Virus record (IMG/VR): IMGVR_UViG_3300048104_000741
Location: 8,650-72,649 of that record
Reading direction: 5' to 3' (one strand)
Length of the DNA: 64,000 nt
Source: a virus
The notes below the pieces were generated by a model. The model did not search any database. It was not told the origin of the DNA and worked only from the letters and a program-made list of their open reading frames with translations. Position numbers and translations under genes: made by a program. This document shows positions 1 through 9,154 of this stretch, piece after piece. The first letter of the stretch is position 1. Every line of letters starts with the position of its first letter.

Positions 1-627
1 AACAGGGAGTTTTTTGCCTGCCTTGGCATTTTTAATCATTAATGGAATTAATTTTTCTTCATGTTGATTTGGCCCGTAATTGTTTGAACAGCGAGTAATT
101 AAAATAGGATAATTGAAAGTCTCATAAAAACTACGGCACAACAAGTCAGCACTTGCCTTGCTTGCCGAATAGGGGCTATTGGCTTGTATTGGCGTGTTTT
201 CGGTAAAGGCATCATCCCCTTCGCTCAAAGTTCCATAAACCTCGTCTGTGGACACCTGAAGATATCTCTCGATGGTCGGACAATCATGAAGTAACGTGAG
301 GAGCGAGTGTGCGCCATTTATATTCGTATGAACGAAAGGAGTCGAATCATTTATACTATTATCAACATGACTTTCAGCCGCAAAATTAACAATATAATTT
401 ATATCATTCTTTTGTATTAAATTACGAATACGATCTGTATCATTAATATCGCAAATGGATAAACTGTATCGACTTGAATTGTTAATTTCGTCACTGATGT
501 TATCGTAGCTTGCTGCATATGTTTTTAGATCAACATTATGAATATGATAATTTTTATATTTATTGAATATGTATTTTATGAAATTACTTCCAATAAATCC
601 TAGCCCGCCAGTAACCAATAAATTCAC
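1..627 (-). CDS. rfbB: dTDP-glucose 4,6-dehydratase (runs off the left edge of the window)
   Basis: Manual translation from GTG at 627: NLLVTGGLGFIGSNF, DLKTYAA, NFAAESHVDNSI, VSTDEVYG, YSASKAS, RCSNNYGP. Not in the ORF track. Confidence 0.92.
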   Translation of the reverse strand, partial: MNLLVTGGLGFIGSNFIKYIFNKYKNYHIHNVDLKTYAASYDNISDEINNSSRYSLSICDINDTDRIRNLIQKNDINYIVNFAAESHVDNSINDSTPFVHTNINGAHSLLTLLHDCPTIERYLQVSTDEVYGTLSEGDDAFTENTPIQANSPYSASKASADLLCRSFYETFNYPILITRCSNNYGPNQHEEKLIPLMIKNAKAGKKLPV

Positions 628-634
628 ATTGAAA

Positions 635-1462
635 TTATTCGGGTCTTTTTCCTAACGGCTTTCCGTCTTGTCCAATTTCGCCAGCTCGTATCTTTGTGGC
701 GGATACATCCTGAAGCTCTTTGCTTAGTTCAAGTTGTTCGATGTTATAACCGACCCCTCTCCCATAAAAAACATCCATAATATTGGGTATCTCTATTATT
801 TTTATTTTATTTCCAAATTCTACGCAAGCGGCATGAATTTCTGCTTTTACTTTTTCAAAATCGTATGGGTTTTTTTCATCGATTCCCCCTACATCTCTTA
901 ATGCTATACAGCATTGGCCAGTTCTTTTAATTGCTTCAGCAACTAAGGTTTTGTGGCCCACGTGAAAAGGTTGATATCGACCAATGAGTAGCGCTGTAGG
1001 AGCTTGATTGTCCCAAGCTTCTGTTTTGTAAATGTTTCCTAACGCAGTTTCAGCCCATTCTTCGGGAGTACCATCTTCAAGGATTAAATCTCCTTCATCC
1101 CATCTTTCATCTTTAGTTGGGTCTTCAAATAATTTATTTGTATCCTCGTATCTACCTTCTTTAATTCTGTTGACCCAAATCACAAAATCAGGGTTGAACA
1201 ATTCTCTAGCTTTTGCTGTTGGACAACAAAAATCAGATATTACATAACCCCCTCCTAGCGCAGCCCAATCTGCGAGCTTCCCCATTCTTCTTGAATGCTC
1301 GTTCCTGTCTTCTTCTGAAAATCCAAGGTCTTTATGTATTTCTTGTCTTACAGCGTCAGCATTAAACCATACAGCGTTTAGCTTTGGTACTAGCTTTTCA
1401 GCTAGAGTCGTTTTTCCTGATCCGGGCAACCCCATTATTAATATTTTTCTTTTTGTTCTCAC
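635..1462 (-). CDS. cysC: Adenylyl-sulfate kinase fused to a C-terminal HxGH nucleotidyltransferase domain
   Basis: GLPGSGKTT P-loop, NADAVR, DLGFSEEDR; C-terminal GRYQPFHVGH and SATKIR motifs. Confidence 0.85.
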   Translation of the reverse strand: MRTKRKILIMGLPGSGKTTLAEKLVPKLNAVWFNADAVRQEIHKDLGFSEEDRNEHSRRMGKLADWAALGGGYVISDFCCPTAKARELFNPDFVIWVNRIKEGRYEDTNKLFEDPTKDERWDEGDLILEDGTPEEWAETALGNIYKTEAWDNQAPTALLIGRYQPFHVGHKTLVAEAIKRTGQCCIALRDVGGIDEKNPYDFEKVKAEIHAACVEFGNKIKIIEIPNIMDVFYGRGVGYNIEQLELSKELQDVSATKIRAGEIGQDGKPLGKRPE

Positions 1463-1515
1463 GACCTTTGTTACACTTTTTTTTTTTGCTATTTTAGATT
1501 TGTGTATAATTTTAC

Positions 1516-1713
1516 ATGAAAAACTCTTTAAAGCTAATCAAAAAATTAAAAAAATGCCTTTTATTATTAAATAAAGAACAAATAGAATATGAAATGATAG
1601 AAAAAATAATTAGATCTTTAAAAAGAAAATTAGAAATGGGAGAGAATCCCTACAAGTTTAAATCTAATGCTCAATTAACCGACAACTACTTAAAAGATTT
1701 TCTTGATTTTTAG
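1516..1713 (+). CDS. Hypothetical protein
   Basis: 65 aa ORF preceded by the GTGTA-N9-ATG motif. Confidence 0.55.
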   Translation: MKNSLKLIKKLKKCLLLLNKEQIEYEMIEKIIRSLKRKLEMGENPYKFKSNAQLTDNYLKDFLDF

Positions 1714-1770
1714 GCTTGACATTTACTCTTCTATGTGTAATATTACTTATAGATCTTTGAAATTTTTGCT

Positions 1771-2199
1771 GGGGGTGTACTGGATTCGACTAATGTTGGA
1801 ATTTGGCGCTGCAAGTCGGAGATGCATCTGGCTCCGATATCAAGATGCAAAAGCTATACATGGCGAAGGTTATTATAGTATTGAAGAGCTTATTGAAGCT
1901 GCTACTGAAGAGTACGAGTCTCTCGTGCAATTTGAGCAGGCTGAAGAGCTTGAGATGGTAGCTTAAAGCTGCCCCCTTACTTTCTTTGACGCAGATACTA
2001 GAATAGTAAGGACATTTATCTGCAAAAACAGAAAAGGTTTATCTGTTAATAAACTGTAGTCCGCTGAGTATTTGGAGGCAAATAATTGTAACAGAAAGTT
2101 AGATGTTAATATCGCAACTATAAAAAAAATTAACTAAACTTGTAGGTGCGTCAACCAAAGGCACTTAGGACGCGGGTTCAACTCCCGCCACCTCCACCA
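1771..2199 (+). ncRNA. ssrA: tmRNA (429 nt)
   Basis: 5' GGGGGTGtactggattcgac pairs with 3' CACCTCC-ACCA including the G3:U70 Ala determinant. T-arm gcgggTTCAACTcccgc. PK1 tcggag/ctccga with gcatct/agatgc. Tag frame 1862-1966. Confidence 0.95.
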
Positions 2200-2244
2200 A
2201 AATTTTTAAAAATAGAAAAAAAAATTACAACGAAAACTCGAACA

Positions 2245-2412
2245 GTGGACGATACACACAAGAAATACAGAAATACAGAAAAAGGTAAAAAAGCGCAAGA
2301 GAAAGCTCGCAAAAAGTATGATGAAGCCGATTTGGAAAGAAGGAGATCTCAAAAGCGAGAGTACATGAGAAAAAAAAGACGAGAAGACCCTGGGTATTGC
2401 AAGTGGAAGTAA
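2245..2412 (+). CDS. Small basic hypothetical protein
   Basis: K/R-rich 3' part of ORF 2146; start moved to GTG 2245, downstream of the tmRNA. Confidence 0.5.
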   Translation: MDDTHKKYRNTEKGKKAQEKARKKYDEADLERRRSQKREYMRKKRREDPGYCKWK

Positions 2413-2455
2413 AAACTTGACTTCTGAACTTAATTCTGCTACAATGTTTTAAGTT

Positions 2456-3142
2456 ATGAAAAAAAGAGGTAGAAAAAAACACACCTGTCAATTAAAATTC
2501 AGAAAAACTATTTTTCAGTACGATCAATACTGGAACATTCATTATACAGAGTTATTTGCAGATGGCAAAGAAAAAGATTTTAAAACCGTCATTAAAGCTC
2601 GTTCGGCTGATTTAGCGAGGCAATATCTCAAGAAAAAAGTTTCCCAAGACTCGCCGAAATCCAAAATAAAATCTTTTACTGTTTTTATGTTTCATAGGAA
2701 TGGAGAGGTAAACGGAATAAATCTTTCGACAGAAGATTGGTCTTTAATAAGAAAATGCTCTTTCCCTAACGAAGTTAATATATTATTTAAATACGAGAAT
2801 CCGAGGCCAAAAGGTTACACCAATAGATTCAATAGTCAAGTTCAGGGCAAAACCCCACTAAATGGCTTCAAAAAAGGGCATGCCTACATTGCTCCAAAAA
2901 AACTTTACACTAAAGAAGAGAAGTCAAAAATGAAGTATGAAGGAGGGTGGAAGCCTTGGCCAAAGGCAGAAAGAGAAGCTTTAAAAGAAAAGATAATTTA
3001 TAATTTTAAATTAAGCAAAAATAGTAGAATTAAAACTGCAAAAGCCCTTGGTTTCACAAGTTCAAAAGCTCTAAAAAAGCTTTTAGATGAAAAATTTATT
3101 GAAATAAATTGGAGTAAAGAATTTCCCTGTCGCACAGATTAA
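2456..3142 (+). CDS. Hypothetical protein with C-terminal Fis-like HTH
   Basis: SRIKTAKALGFTSSKALKKLL; TTGACT/TACAAT promoter upstream. Confidence 0.55.
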   Translation: MKKRGRKKHTCQLKFRKTIFQYDQYWNIHYTELFADGKEKDFKTVIKARSADLARQYLKKKVSQDSPKSKIKSFTVFMFHRNGEVNGINLSTEDWSLIRKCSFPNEVNILFKYENPRPKGYTNRFNSQVQGKTPLNGFKKGHAYIAPKKLYTKEEKSKMKYEGGWKPWPKAEREALKEKIIYNFKLSKNSRIKTAKALGFTSSKALKKLLDEKFIEINWSKEFPCRTD

Positions 3143-3144
3143 TT

Positions 3145-4014
3145 ATGACCAATAAAGATAAAAAAATAGAAAAATTTAACCAATGGCTATCTTGCTATCA
3201 AGAAGATTTGGGTCGAATAGTCGGTAAATATAGATTTACTAATCACGCTTTGGAGCATGATGAAGTGGTTTCTGAAATTAACTTAGGCATCATAAAGAGT
3301 TATGAAAAGCTAGCTTCAGACTTAAAAAATCCGATTAAAACTGAATTAGATTTTCAAAAAACAGCTTACTCTTATGCAAGAAACTATATAAAGTGGACGG
3401 CAGATGGAGCTTCAAATAGAGATAAGAAATATATAATGAATCGTCAGGATGGAGTGGTAGCTTCTGATGGTGAAGGTAAAACTGTTTTTGAGTCTGTGTG
3501 TGAAACCATAGGTAAGGAAGACTCTTTTTTTGCATCTTTGAATGACTCTGATAAATTTCAAAATATACTTTCTTGGATTTTTGATTTCAGCCATTTTCTT
3601 ACCCCTCATCAAAAAAACATACTAGAGCTTTTATTGTCTGGAAAAAATCTAGATGAAGTCGGAGATTTAACCGGGGTAAGCCACCAGGCGATATCATCAA
3701 TTTCAATAGAAATGTTTGCGGCAATTAAAAACAATGTAAAAGTCGCCATAGGGGACGATGATAGTGATAAATTAAAAATAAAAGAAGGTCATGCTTCTAT
3801 AAAAAAGCTTTTTAGCTTGGAAAGAAAATCTAGAATGATGAATCTAAAAGACTTAAGTTTTATAAAATCTCGATTAATAGAAAATCCAAAAAAATATACT
3901 CTGATAGATTTGGTGGCCATGTTAAAAGGTAAATATTCCTCAAGACAGATATGCGCTTTTGTTAACAGGAACAAATATAATATTTATTTAAAGAAAATCG
4001 CAGATAAGACTTGA
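3145..4014 (+). CDS. Phage sigma-70-like factor
   Basis: Region-2-like DEVVSEINLGI...AYSYARNYIKW; region-4 HTH LTPHQKNILELLLSGKNLDEVGDLTGVSHQAIS. Confidence 0.65.
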   Translation: MTNKDKKIEKFNQWLSCYQEDLGRIVGKYRFTNHALEHDEVVSEINLGIIKSYEKLASDLKNPIKTELDFQKTAYSYARNYIKWTADGASNRDKKYIMNRQDGVVASDGEGKTVFESVCETIGKEDSFFASLNDSDKFQNILSWIFDFSHFLTPHQKNILELLLSGKNLDEVGDLTGVSHQAISSISIEMFAAIKNNVKVAIGDDDSDKLKIKEGHASIKKLFSLERKSRMMNLKDLSFIKSRLIENPKKYTLIDLVAMLKGKYSSRQICAFVNRNKYNIYLKKIADKT

Positions 4015-4050
4015 CTTTTTTTAAAAACCTGTTAATATATAAACCATATT

Positions 4051-4587
4051 ATGAATCAATTAGAAAACACAAAAACTTACTTAGTAGGGCATATGCAATA
4101 CTTGAGCGGGAGAAATTGGAGAGAAGAAATTTCAGAAAGTCTTGCAGGCTTAAACATCACCTGTTTTGACCCTTACAAAAAACCTTTTATAAAAGATGTG
4201 GAAGAAGATGAAGCGTCAAGGCAGGAAATGGAAGGGTGGATGAAAACTAAGCAGTATGACAGAGCTTCAGAGAGAATGAAAACTGTCAGATCCTACGATC
4301 TAAATTTAGTAGATAGGTCTGATTTTATAATTGCTCATTTAGTTCCCGAAGTAGCTTCGTGGGGAAGCGCAGAAGAAATTGTTACAGCTGTAAGAATGAA
4401 GAAACCTATATTTATAAGCATGGAAGGCGGAAAAGCCAAAACCCCCCTTTGGCTCCTCGGCATGCTCCCCCATAAGTATATTTATAATTCTCTTGACGAA
4501 ATTGTCGATATGTTGTATGCTATAGACAATGGTACAAAATCAATTGATTCAGATAGGTGGAGATTATTAAAAAAGGAGTATAGATAG
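4051..4587 (+). CDS. Nucleoside 2-deoxyribosyltransferase-like protein
   Basis: YLVG..NWRE..FDP, DLNLVDRSD, SWGSAEE, KKP. Confidence 0.75.
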   Translation: MNQLENTKTYLVGHMQYLSGRNWREEISESLAGLNITCFDPYKKPFIKDVEEDEASRQEMEGWMKTKQYDRASERMKTVRSYDLNLVDRSDFIIAHLVPEVASWGSAEEIVTAVRMKKPIFISMEGGKAKTPLWLLGMLPHKYIYNSLDEIVDMLYAIDNGTKSIDSDRWRLLKKEYR

Positions 4588-5110
4588 CATGGAATTATTA
4601 TTACTTTACGCAGTAGGTTCAATCATATATTATTGTATTCATTTTAAATAAATGATAATTATAGATAATATTAAAAATTATAATTTTCAGTTTGGATTTA
4701 ATCAAACTCAAGATTTTATTTTAGATTCTCTAGAGAAAGAGTTTAAATCAAAACATGGAGACTCTTTTTTTTATGAAAACTCCCTTATTATTATAGTTGA
4801 AAACGAAAAATTCTACCACGTTATTAGAAACAAACATAAAGTTAGAGTTAGTGGAGAACTTCTTGAAAATTTAACCTTAGATATTAATTCTCACCTGTAA
4901 GCAATGAACAAATCAAAATTAAAAGAAATAAAAGAAATAATGGGCTACAAAGGCCTTAGAGAACAAAAAAGACTTTTGAGGAGATTTAAAAAATCGTACT
5001 CAAGTTTAAATCAGGAAGATAAAATAAAAGTTATTAAAGATTTAAAAGAGGCTTTTGAAATAAAATCAAAAAATACTTGATTTTTTAACCTTAACATATA
5101 TTATAAGAAT

Positions 5111-5395
5111 ATGCACAAATTAAAATATTTCTCAGCGCCTTGGTGCGGTCCATGTAAGTTTTTTAAGCCAATCATTAACGAATTAAAAGAAGATGGTTAT
5201 GATATAGAAATTATCAATATAGACGAAGACCAAGAAAAGACTTTAGCTTATGGAGTGCAATCAGTACCTCATTTAGTTTTTGAATCTAAATGTTCTGAAA
5301 AATCTCCAGACTGCAAAGAAGAAATTTTATATAGAGTCTCTGGAGGAGCCTCTAAATCTGATATAGAAAAAATATTAACAACTAAAATCAAATAA
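5111..5395 (+). CDS. Thioredoxin
   Basis: WCGPC active site; GVQSVP. Confidence 0.9.
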   Translation: MHKLKYFSAPWCGPCKFFKPIINELKEDGYDIEIINIDEDQEKTLAYGVQSVPHLVFESKCSEKSPDCKEEILYRVSGGASKSDIEKILTTKIK

Positions 5396-5397
5396 AA

Positions 5398-5673
5398 ATG
5401 ACAGAAGAAAATAAAAGTGCCAACGAGTGGAAACAAAGAGAGCTTGGAGCCTTGTGGAAAAAAGAAGGTAAATCTCAAAACTATTATTCTGGAAAAATAA
5501 ACCTTAAAAATTTATCAAATTCTGATTCAGTCAGCATTGTAGGGTTTGCAAATAAATCTAAAAAAGAGTATCCAAATTCCCCAGACGTAATTCTTTACGC
5601 CTCCTCATCTCCCGAAGTTTCATCTTCTGAATCTACAAAAGTAGAAGTTGACGATGAATCGCCAATGCTTTAA
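5398..5673 (+). CDS. DUF736-like small protein, acidic tail (possible ssDNA-binding protein)
   Basis: ELGALWKK..G..YYSGKI, PD motif, acidic C-terminus. Confidence 0.5.
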   Translation: MTEENKSANEWKQRELGALWKKEGKSQNYYSGKINLKNLSNSDSVSIVGFANKSKKEYPNSPDVILYASSSPEVSSSESTKVEVDDESPML

Positions 5674-5860
5674 TATATGGGCGTTCCGGTATATGTTATA
5701 GTTAGAAATAGAAGAAGGGCAGATCCTTCAAATTTCAAAACAAAAAAAGAATCTGAGTCAAGATTAAATTCTATGGTTTCTCACTTCAAAAGTTTAGATC
5801 CTGATTTTAAAGAGGTTTTTAAAATTATAAAAACCTCAAACCCTCACTTCTTAAGGTAGA

Positions 5861-6298
5861 GTGAAAGATTTTGGGGTTTTTTCTGAGGCTTGCCGAAAAA
5901 AAGGTTTAATACTTAGGGAGTCAGCGTATACGTTAAAAAGAAATTATTCAAATTTTACCCTAGAAGGTAAAAACCGTAAAAAAAGTTATATTTACTTAAA
6001 AAAAGTTCAAACGAATAAAAGTTTTGTCTGGGTTGAAGTTAAAAATAAAGCAGGAAAACCTGGCTGGCTTTTTGGTTCTAGCGACTTCTTAGTGTTTGAT
6101 ACAAAAAGTTCGTTTGTTTTAGTTTTAAAAGAAAAAATGATAAAATTTATAATGAAAAATCTAGATAGCCCACAAGTTTCTTCGGGCAAGAGAGGGTTGC
6201 CTTATAGCTCTTCTCGAAGAGAAGGTACTAACGAGCAAACTGTCTTAGTTCCAATTGAAGATATTAAAAAAATAAGTTACGAGATTTGGAGCAAATGA
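5861..6298 (+). CDS. PD-(D/E)XK-like phage protein
   Basis: WVEVKNKAGKPGWLFGSSD motif. Confidence 0.45.
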   Translation: MKDFGVFSEACRKKGLILRESAYTLKRNYSNFTLEGKNRKKSYIYLKKVQTNKSFVWVEVKNKAGKPGWLFGSSDFLVFDTKSSFVLVLKEKMIKFIMKNLDSPQVSSGKRGLPYSSSRREGTNEQTVLVPIEDIKKISYEIWSK

Positions 6299-7422
6299 AT
6301 TTAAGTCAAATAGATTTCGCCTTAGTTACGAGTGAATCCTTGCGTCAGAGAATTAAGTCTTGGAATTCTTTTGAAGATTTATCTGAAGATCAGTTTGTAG
6401 ATTTAATCGATTATTCAAAAGAGTTGGTAAAAGAAGACCCTAATCACGAAATACTTTTTCTTGTTGTTGCTAAAGGCGTTGATGAAAAGGAAAAGCAGGA
6501 AGAGGAAGAGTTAACGGAATTAAAAAGTGAACTAGAGCAGGCTGAGAAAGAAAAATACGCTAGCTCCAAAAAGAAAAGCGAATTAAGAGAAAAGTCTAAG
6601 CAAATTTTAAATTCTCTTTATGGAATTTAATTTTAATATTGATTTTTTGCTTCAACATACTATAATATATTAATCATGAATGATTTTAGCGGTAAAGAAA
6701 TAAATAAAGCTCAAGATGGTTTTAAAAAATATTGCGACTCAAATAAAATATCTCAAAAACGAGACACTATTTTTAATAAATCGAGTAGCGCAGGAAAAGG
6801 AGATGTTCCAAGAAATATAAGTGACTCCTTTAAATCAAACTTTGAAGAAATTTTCCCAAACTCCTTTAAACCTTATTGGAAAAAATAATTTATGAGTAAT
6901 TGTGTAACAAGTTATAACTTAGATATAATCCATAGAGATTTATCGTCGCTTAATGAAATTATTCATGGCCGATTGAATCAGAGCTATGTTAGAGTAATTC
7001 ACAAGCCTAAAAGAAGCGATTCTCAGAATATATCTTCGTGTAAAATCGCTATTGTTTTTGAAGAGACGGAATCCCTTCTTTTTACCGACATAATAAAAGA
7101 CCTCTTAAGTGAAAATAACTTCCTGGAAATAGGGGGAAGCTTTGTAGATCCTTCTGGAGAAGGCTATGTGAATTCTTTAGGCGATAAAGATTATATTTCC
7201 ATTAATTAATAAAATATGAATTTCCATCTTTTAAATTTTCTTCTAAACAAGTTTTTGCCTTTTTTTATTATAGCTTTTTTATGTTTTTTAAAAATGGGTT
7301 TTAATTGCTTCGAGCCTTACGTAATAATGTCTATGTGTTTTTTTACAAGCCATTTTCACTTTAAGACTGGGTATGCGTTAGCTTTCTGCGAATCTAACGG
7401 TGTATCAACAGTTAAGAAATAA
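6286..7422 (+). other. Four small hypothetical ORFs (6286, 6676, 6892, 7216)
   Basis: Tightly packed co-oriented ORFs; 6676 has the phage-type AGKGD.PR motif. Confidence 0.6.
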
Positions 7423-7479
7423 AACTTTTTGGAGAGACGCTTAAATACAATTCTACAATTGTAAATTAAAAATATTTCA

Positions 7480-8094
7480 ATGGATTCTATTTATTTAGTT
7501 TACGGGCTATTTGCTATTTGCTTATTTCTTGCTTCTTGGATTTTTCTCTCACAGAAAAAAACTTCTGAGAAAAAAAATCTACAAGAGTCCATAGCTTCTA
7601 TTCCTCAAAATTTTGAAGAAATTAAAAAAATCTTAACAGAAGAAAGAGATTCTTGCTTAGATAGGGAGAAAATGCTTTCTCAAACGATATCTGAGCTTCA
7701 AGAAAATCAGAAACAACAACATTCGCTTTTTCAAGAAAATTTAAGTCAAGAGAAGGCTCGTTCTGAAGGTTTTTTGAGTGAACTTCGAGCGTATAAAGAT
7801 AAATTTGAATTAGTTTCTCAAGAAAAGTCAAAAGTTTTGTCTCAAAAGAAAAGTAGTGAAGTAAGGCTTGGTCATATAGCGGAAACTTTAGCTCCTTTTT
7901 TGGACGAATTTGATTTTAATCCAGAAGAGTGCGTATTTATGGGAAAGCCCATTGATTATATTTCCTTTGGAGAAGAAGAGGTAACCTTCATAGAGGTAAA
8001 AAGCGGCAATAGCAAACTAAACTCAAAACAGAGACACATTAGAGACTTAATAAAATCTAATTCAGTTTGCTGGAAAGAAGTTCGACTTAAATAG
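7480..8094 (+). CDS. Membrane-anchored Holliday-junction-resolvase-like endonuclease
   Basis: N-terminal TM, coiled coil, then G.IAE.LAPF, FMGKPIDY, FIEVKSG..L...Q. Confidence 0.8.
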   Translation: MDSIYLVYGLFAICLFLASWIFLSQKKTSEKKNLQESIASIPQNFEEIKKILTEERDSCLDREKMLSQTISELQENQKQQHSLFQENLSQEKARSEGFLSELRAYKDKFELVSQEKSKVLSQKKSSEVRLGHIAETLAPFLDEFDFNPEECVFMGKPIDYISFGEEEVTFIEVKSGNSKLNSKQRHIRDLIKSNSVCWKEVRLK

Positions 8095-8165
8095 CTAAAA
8101 ATCGACATTCAATTACTCGACAAGAGTGTACTTAACAATGAATTTAATTAATAAATAAAAATAAT

Positions 8166-8807
8166 ATGAAAAATAAAATCGTATCATTATTACTGGCCAT
8201 TGGGCTAATTACTAACGTCGCGCTAGCAAATTCCGCAAAGCTTGGATATACCTCTGATTTCTTTTATCGGGGAGAACAAAAAGCTCAAGAGTCTGTTCAG
8301 GGATCTATCAACCTTAAAGCTAAAGTTTTGGGTTTAAATGGATCTGCTCATGTTTGCACAAATCAGTCTGTCGATACAGGTTCTGATAGCTACAACATGG
8401 GTCTGGGTTTAAGCCATAGCTTTGATCTATTAACTGTTTATGGAGGTTTTCATCATTTTGAGGATGTTCCTGGGGATGCTTTATCTGAAATAGAATTAAA
8501 ATTGTCCATTGAGTCTATTGGGTCGCCTTCTATTTCTATTTTTAGAAGCACAGATGACAACCTTTATACCTTTGAAGGATCTGTATCTCATTCTATGGAT
8601 TTTGATTTAGCGAGCTTAACTCTAGTTGGTTCCGCCGGAAACACCGAATTAACAGATTCTTCGGATAGGTCCTATTATTCAATTGGAGCTGATTTATCAA
8701 AGTCTATCTCAGATAATACAACGCTGAGCGGAGGAGTAGACATTATGGATGCTGACGACATTGATCGGGAATTTGTCTTTGGAACAGCCTTAACTTTTAA
8801 TTTCTAA
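8166..8807 (+). CDS. Outer-membrane beta-barrel protein (TorF/TIGR02001-like)
   Basis: Signal peptide, YTSDFFYRG, alternating beta strands, C-terminal FNF. Confidence 0.65.
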   Translation: MKNKIVSLLLAIGLITNVALANSAKLGYTSDFFYRGEQKAQESVQGSINLKAKVLGLNGSAHVCTNQSVDTGSDSYNMGLGLSHSFDLLTVYGGFHHFEDVPGDALSEIELKLSIESIGSPSISIFRSTDDNLYTFEGSVSHSMDFDLASLTLVGSAGNTELTDSSDRSYYSIGADLSKSISDNTTLSGGVDIMDADDIDREFVFGTALTFNF

Positions 8808-8825
8808 ATAACAAAAAAGAAAAAT

Positions 8826-9089
8826 ATGAAAAACACACTAAACACAATCTCAGGAGCGGTAAAAGGTATTGCCGCTACCTTATTAAGCGTACTAGGACTT
8901 CTAGTAGTAGTTCAAGCAGTCTTTGGAGCTTCAGCTCCTGTAGACGTAATTGGCAACCTGCAGGCCCTAGTTACAGGATTTGCTGGACCTCAAGCAGGAT
9001 TCACGTCTTTCTTGACTTTAATTCTTGTAGTTGCTCTGTTGGCTAAGAATAGTTCTTGCTCAGAAGGGGAATGCAACAAGAAAAGCTAA
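8826..9089 (+). CDS. Small membrane protein
   Basis: Two hydrophobic segments. Confidence 0.7.
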   Translation: MKNTLNTISGAVKGIAATLLSVLGLLVVVQAVFGASAPVDVIGNLQALVTGFAGPQAGFTSFLTLILVVALLAKNSSCSEGECNKKS

Positions 9090-9111
9090 GAAAAAAACTT
9101 AAAATATAAAG

Positions 9112-9140
9112 AAAGAGGGCTTCGGCCCTCTTTTTTTTTT
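9112..9140 (+). terminator. Intrinsic terminator
   Basis: aaagagggc-TTCG-gccctcttt plus T tract. Confidence 0.9.
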
Positions 9141-9154
9141 GTGTATATTGTTTT

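Noticed and set aside
1703-1966. 87-aa ORF as a protein gene
   Set aside because: It overlaps the tmRNA; its 3' part is the tag reading frame.
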